NCBI GenBank assembly: GCA_040767965.1
Contig: JAXGNR010000011.1
Location: 1 to 62,239 of the forward strand
From: Atribacterota bacterium
GTDB taxonomy: Bacteria; Atribacterota; Phoenicimicrobiia; Phoenicimicrobiales; Stramentimicrobiaceae
Direction: 5' to 3'
Length of the DNA stretch: 62,239 bases
Made by a program: the position numbers and the translations under genes. Below are positions 59,577 to 62,239 of this stretch, one piece after another. The notes under the pieces are model-generated. The model did no database searches. It was not told the DNA's origin and was given only the letters and a program-made list of their open reading frames with translations. Positions within the stretch are counted from its first letter, which is position 1. The number at the start of each line of letters is the position of its first letter.

Positions 59577-61403
59577 ATGATTGACAGGATAAAGATTTTT
59601 AAACAAACAGCTGTCTTTTTATATATATTTTCTTTATTTTTAACTATTTTATCAATTTGCATAACAGGTTATTGTCAATCAGAACGTACTTTTCAGATTA
59701 CTGATTATCAGGCACAGGTAGAGATTCTTGAAAACGGAGATGCCAGGGTTAGTGAAATATTTACCTATGAGTTCAGTGGAAATTTTAATGGTATTATCAG
59801 AAGTATCGGGCTTATCGGTTCTGACGGGCTGCAATATTTCCAGGCGTCACAATATCTTCCACAACAAAAAATATTAGACATTACCCGTGAAACGGAAGGT
59901 AATATGGTTACTTTCCGAATTTATGATCAATCCTCCAATGAGAGAAAGTCTTTTTTGCTTGAATATCAGTTGAAGAATGTGGTTACAAAATATAATGATA
60001 TTGCTGAATTCTATTGGAAGTTTTTTGATCAGAGTAACAGTTCTCCTGTTCAGCGTGTTCAGATTGAAGTATCCTTTCCCGGACAGATTTTAAATGCAGA
60101 TGAATTGAAGGTATTTGGTCATGGTCCTTCACAGGGGCAGGTCTCTATTTTAGATAGAGGAGTTGTCCTGTATGAAGTTGAGAGCTTGTCAGCAAACGAA
60201 ATGTTAGAGGCAAGGATTCTCTTTCCTACCAGTATTGTCCCTAATGCCGGCAAGATAGTCAATAAAGATCAATATGCTCAGATTATGCAAGAGGAATTAA
60301 ACTGGGCCAAAAGCTCAGATAGAGAAAATTTATTTATGCTTTTCGGTTTACTATTAATACCGGTTATGATTATTTTAAACATTATTACTGCTATTCGATT
60401 GTACTTTAAATATGACCGTGAATTAAAACCAGAAATTGAATTGGATTATTATCGGGAACTTCCTTCAGATATTACCCCGGCAGTATTGAGCCATTTAATG
60501 AATATCCAGGGAGCAGATACTAAAGATATTATGGCTACATTAATGGATTTAACCAGAAAAAAATATCTGCAGATTGAAGAAATAACAAGCCAGGGGCGGA
60601 TGAAAAAGAAGGATTACAGATTTATCCTATTAAATATGGATGCTGGCTCCCTGAAACAACATGAAATAAATTTAATCAATTGGTTTTTTTATAGTATTGG
60701 CAATGGTGAATCAGTTACTTTAAAAGAGATTGAAAATTATTCTAAATCATCCAGAACCCAAAGTTCATTCCGGCATCAGTACCTGAAATGGCAGGAAGCT
60801 GTAAAAAAAGAATTTAAAAAATATAATTACTTTGGAAAATCAAAAGAAGGATTAAAGGTAGCCTTTAAGACTGTTGTCCTGGAGATTGCCGGATTTTTAG
60901 TGCTGATAATAGGGACAATTCTATTGCGGGTGTCCTGGTTTGTATTGATACCTTTATTGATGACTATTCTAATTACCGGGATGGGATTGATAATCTATGG
61001 TGGATTAATCAGGAAAAAGACCCAGGAGGGTGTAAATGAATATGAAAAATGGTCAGCATTTAAACGATTTTTGTTACATTTTAGTAATATCAAAGACTAT
61101 GAAATACCTTCTTTGGTTATTTGGGAACATTATCTGGTTTATGCCATTTCTCTGGGAGTAGCCGAAAAAGTTATTTCAAAATTACGAGTGGCTCTGGCTG
61201 ACCAGAATATCAATATGAGAAATTCAGCTTTACTGTATCATATGACTGATAGAAATGGACAATTAAATACATCTGTTTTTCGTTCTTTTGATAAAGCTTT
61301 CAACAATTCACTGGTAAGAACCAGTCCCTCTAAAGGGTCGGGAGGAGGATTCTCTTCTGGTGGAGGAAGAGGTGGTGGAGGCGGAGGTGCCGGTGCCTTT
61401 TAA
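59577..61403 (+). CDS. DUF2207 membrane protein
   Basis: Exported N-domain, TM helices, WEHYLVYAISLGV, Gly-rich tail. Confidence 0.9.
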   Translation: MIDRIKIFKQTAVFLYIFSLFLTILSICITGYCQSERTFQITDYQAQVEILENGDARVSEIFTYEFSGNFNGIIRSIGLIGSDGLQYFQASQYLPQQKILDITRETEGNMVTFRIYDQSSNERKSFLLEYQLKNVVTKYNDIAEFYWKFFDQSNSSPVQRVQIEVSFPGQILNADELKVFGHGPSQGQVSILDRGVVLYEVESLSANEMLEARILFPTSIVPNAGKIVNKDQYAQIMQEELNWAKSSDRENLFMLFGLLLIPVMIILNIITAIRLYFKYDRELKPEIELDYYRELPSDITPAVLSHLMNIQGADTKDIMATLMDLTRKKYLQIEEITSQGRMKKKDYRFILLNMDAGSLKQHEINLINWFFYSIGNGESVTLKEIENYSKSSRTQSSFRHQYLKWQEAVKKEFKKYNYFGKSKEGLKVAFKTVVLEIAGFLVLIIGTILLRVSWFVLIPLLMTILITGMGLIIYGGLIRKKTQEGVNEYEKWSAFKRFLLHFSNIKDYEIPSLVIWEHYLVYAISLGVAEKVISKLRVALADQNINMRNSALLYHMTDRNGQLNTSVFRSFDKAFNNSLVRTSPSKGSGGGFSSGGGRGGGGGGAGAF

Positions 61404-61511
61404 TTTTAAAACATATACTTCCAGCGGGGATAATTTTATCATATTATACTTAGTGTGATATTTATTTTAAAAATTAAGAATGAATAAATAAACGAATAAA
61501 GGAGAAGCTAT

Positions 61512-62054
61512 ATGAGTTATATACTAATTTTTCTGGTATTAATTGCACTCTGGGCAGCTGTTACTTATAATAGGCTTGTTGTATTAAGAGGAAGAGTAGA
61601 TAATTCCTGGGCCCAAATTGATGTTCAGTTAAAAAGAAGGTTTGATTTGATTCCTAATCTGGTCAATACAGTTAAAGGATATGCCCAGCATGAAAAGGAA
61701 ACATTGGAAAAAGTAACCGAATCCAGAACAAAATATTTATCTGCTTCAACTCCTGATGAGAAATTGCAGGCAAATTCAGAATTAGCAGGTGCTTTAAGTA
61801 GATTATTTGCAGTTGCAGAGAGTTATCCTGATTTAAAAGCCAGCACTAATTTCCTTGACCTGCAAAACCAATTGAAGGATACAGAAGATAAAATAGGATT
61901 TTCCAGGCAGTTTTACAACGATACTGCTATGAAATATAATATTGATATTGTCAAAGTTCCTGTTTCAATCATCGCCAGTCTCTTTGGTTTTAAAAATCGC
62001 TCTTATTTTCAGGCTGAAGGTGAAAGCAGAGAGAACGTGGAGGTTAAGTTTTAA
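61512..62054 (+). CDS. lemA: LemA family protein
   Basis: QIDVQLKRRFDLIPNLV, ESYPDLKAS. Confidence 0.95.
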   Translation: MSYILIFLVLIALWAAVTYNRLVVLRGRVDNSWAQIDVQLKRRFDLIPNLVNTVKGYAQHEKETLEKVTESRTKYLSASTPDEKLQANSELAGALSRLFAVAESYPDLKASTNFLDLQNQLKDTEDKIGFSRQFYNDTAMKYNIDIVKVPVSIIASLFGFKNRSYFQAEGESRENVEVKF

Positions 62055-62239
62055 CATCATTGGTTGACATAATACGTCAATATATGTAAAAATAGACTAA
62101 ATTTGTTTTTTTATATTTATTTTAAAATAGAGAGTAGATATGCAGTTGATTAGGAAAAATTGTAAAGAATTAAAGGCAAGAAGGATTTTAATTTTCAATA
62201 AAAAATATTTGAGTCGTTCTTGCTTTTTTATTTGTATTT

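Noticed and set aside
62140-62239. Possible gene start at window end
   Set aside because: Too short to support.

Overview
AT-rich bacterial window from an anaerobe-like genome (lineage not determinable here; the gene content would fit Atribacterota) with two distinct halves. (1) 1-~26.2 kb is an accessory, defence-type array in which every credible cargo gene up to 24.8 kb lies on the + strand: WYL regulator, several PD-(D/E)xK-like nucleases, Mrr fragment, RloC-like ATPase, TPR protein, pentapeptide/K-channel protein, DUF2779, NucS-like, EEP nuclease, MTA/SAH nucleosidase, DUF6308-like, AbiE toxin-antitoxin, CBS-HEPN, DGQHR + ARPP-1. It also holds an IS200-type element, with an IS1595-type element at its right edge. 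The array is punctuated by a co-oriented repeat family, consensus roughly (GAAGAAA-N1-5)-GGGGTCA(A/G)GTCTT-(GAATTATCAG or CnCATTTGACAT), present mostly as half-sites and occasionally as ~50 bp REP-like hairpins. Gene starts are cut off at these repeats, and the unit repeat + leader + nucleosidase 5' end occurs three times. This suggests an integron-like cassette capture/shuffling system using non-attC, REP-like sites; its recombinase is not identified in the window. (2) 26.3-62.2 kb is housekeeping/metabolic: CcdA-like, nfeD-floA, amidohydrolase + Liv-type ABC transporter, FMN riboswitch-ribU, UPF0182, malic enzyme/LarA-family/LeuCD-like cluster, 2-hydroxyacid dehydrogenases, aldolase, divergent glycerate kinase + enolase paralogues, nfeD-stomatin, proS, DUF2207-LemA. 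All alignments and counts were done by eye.
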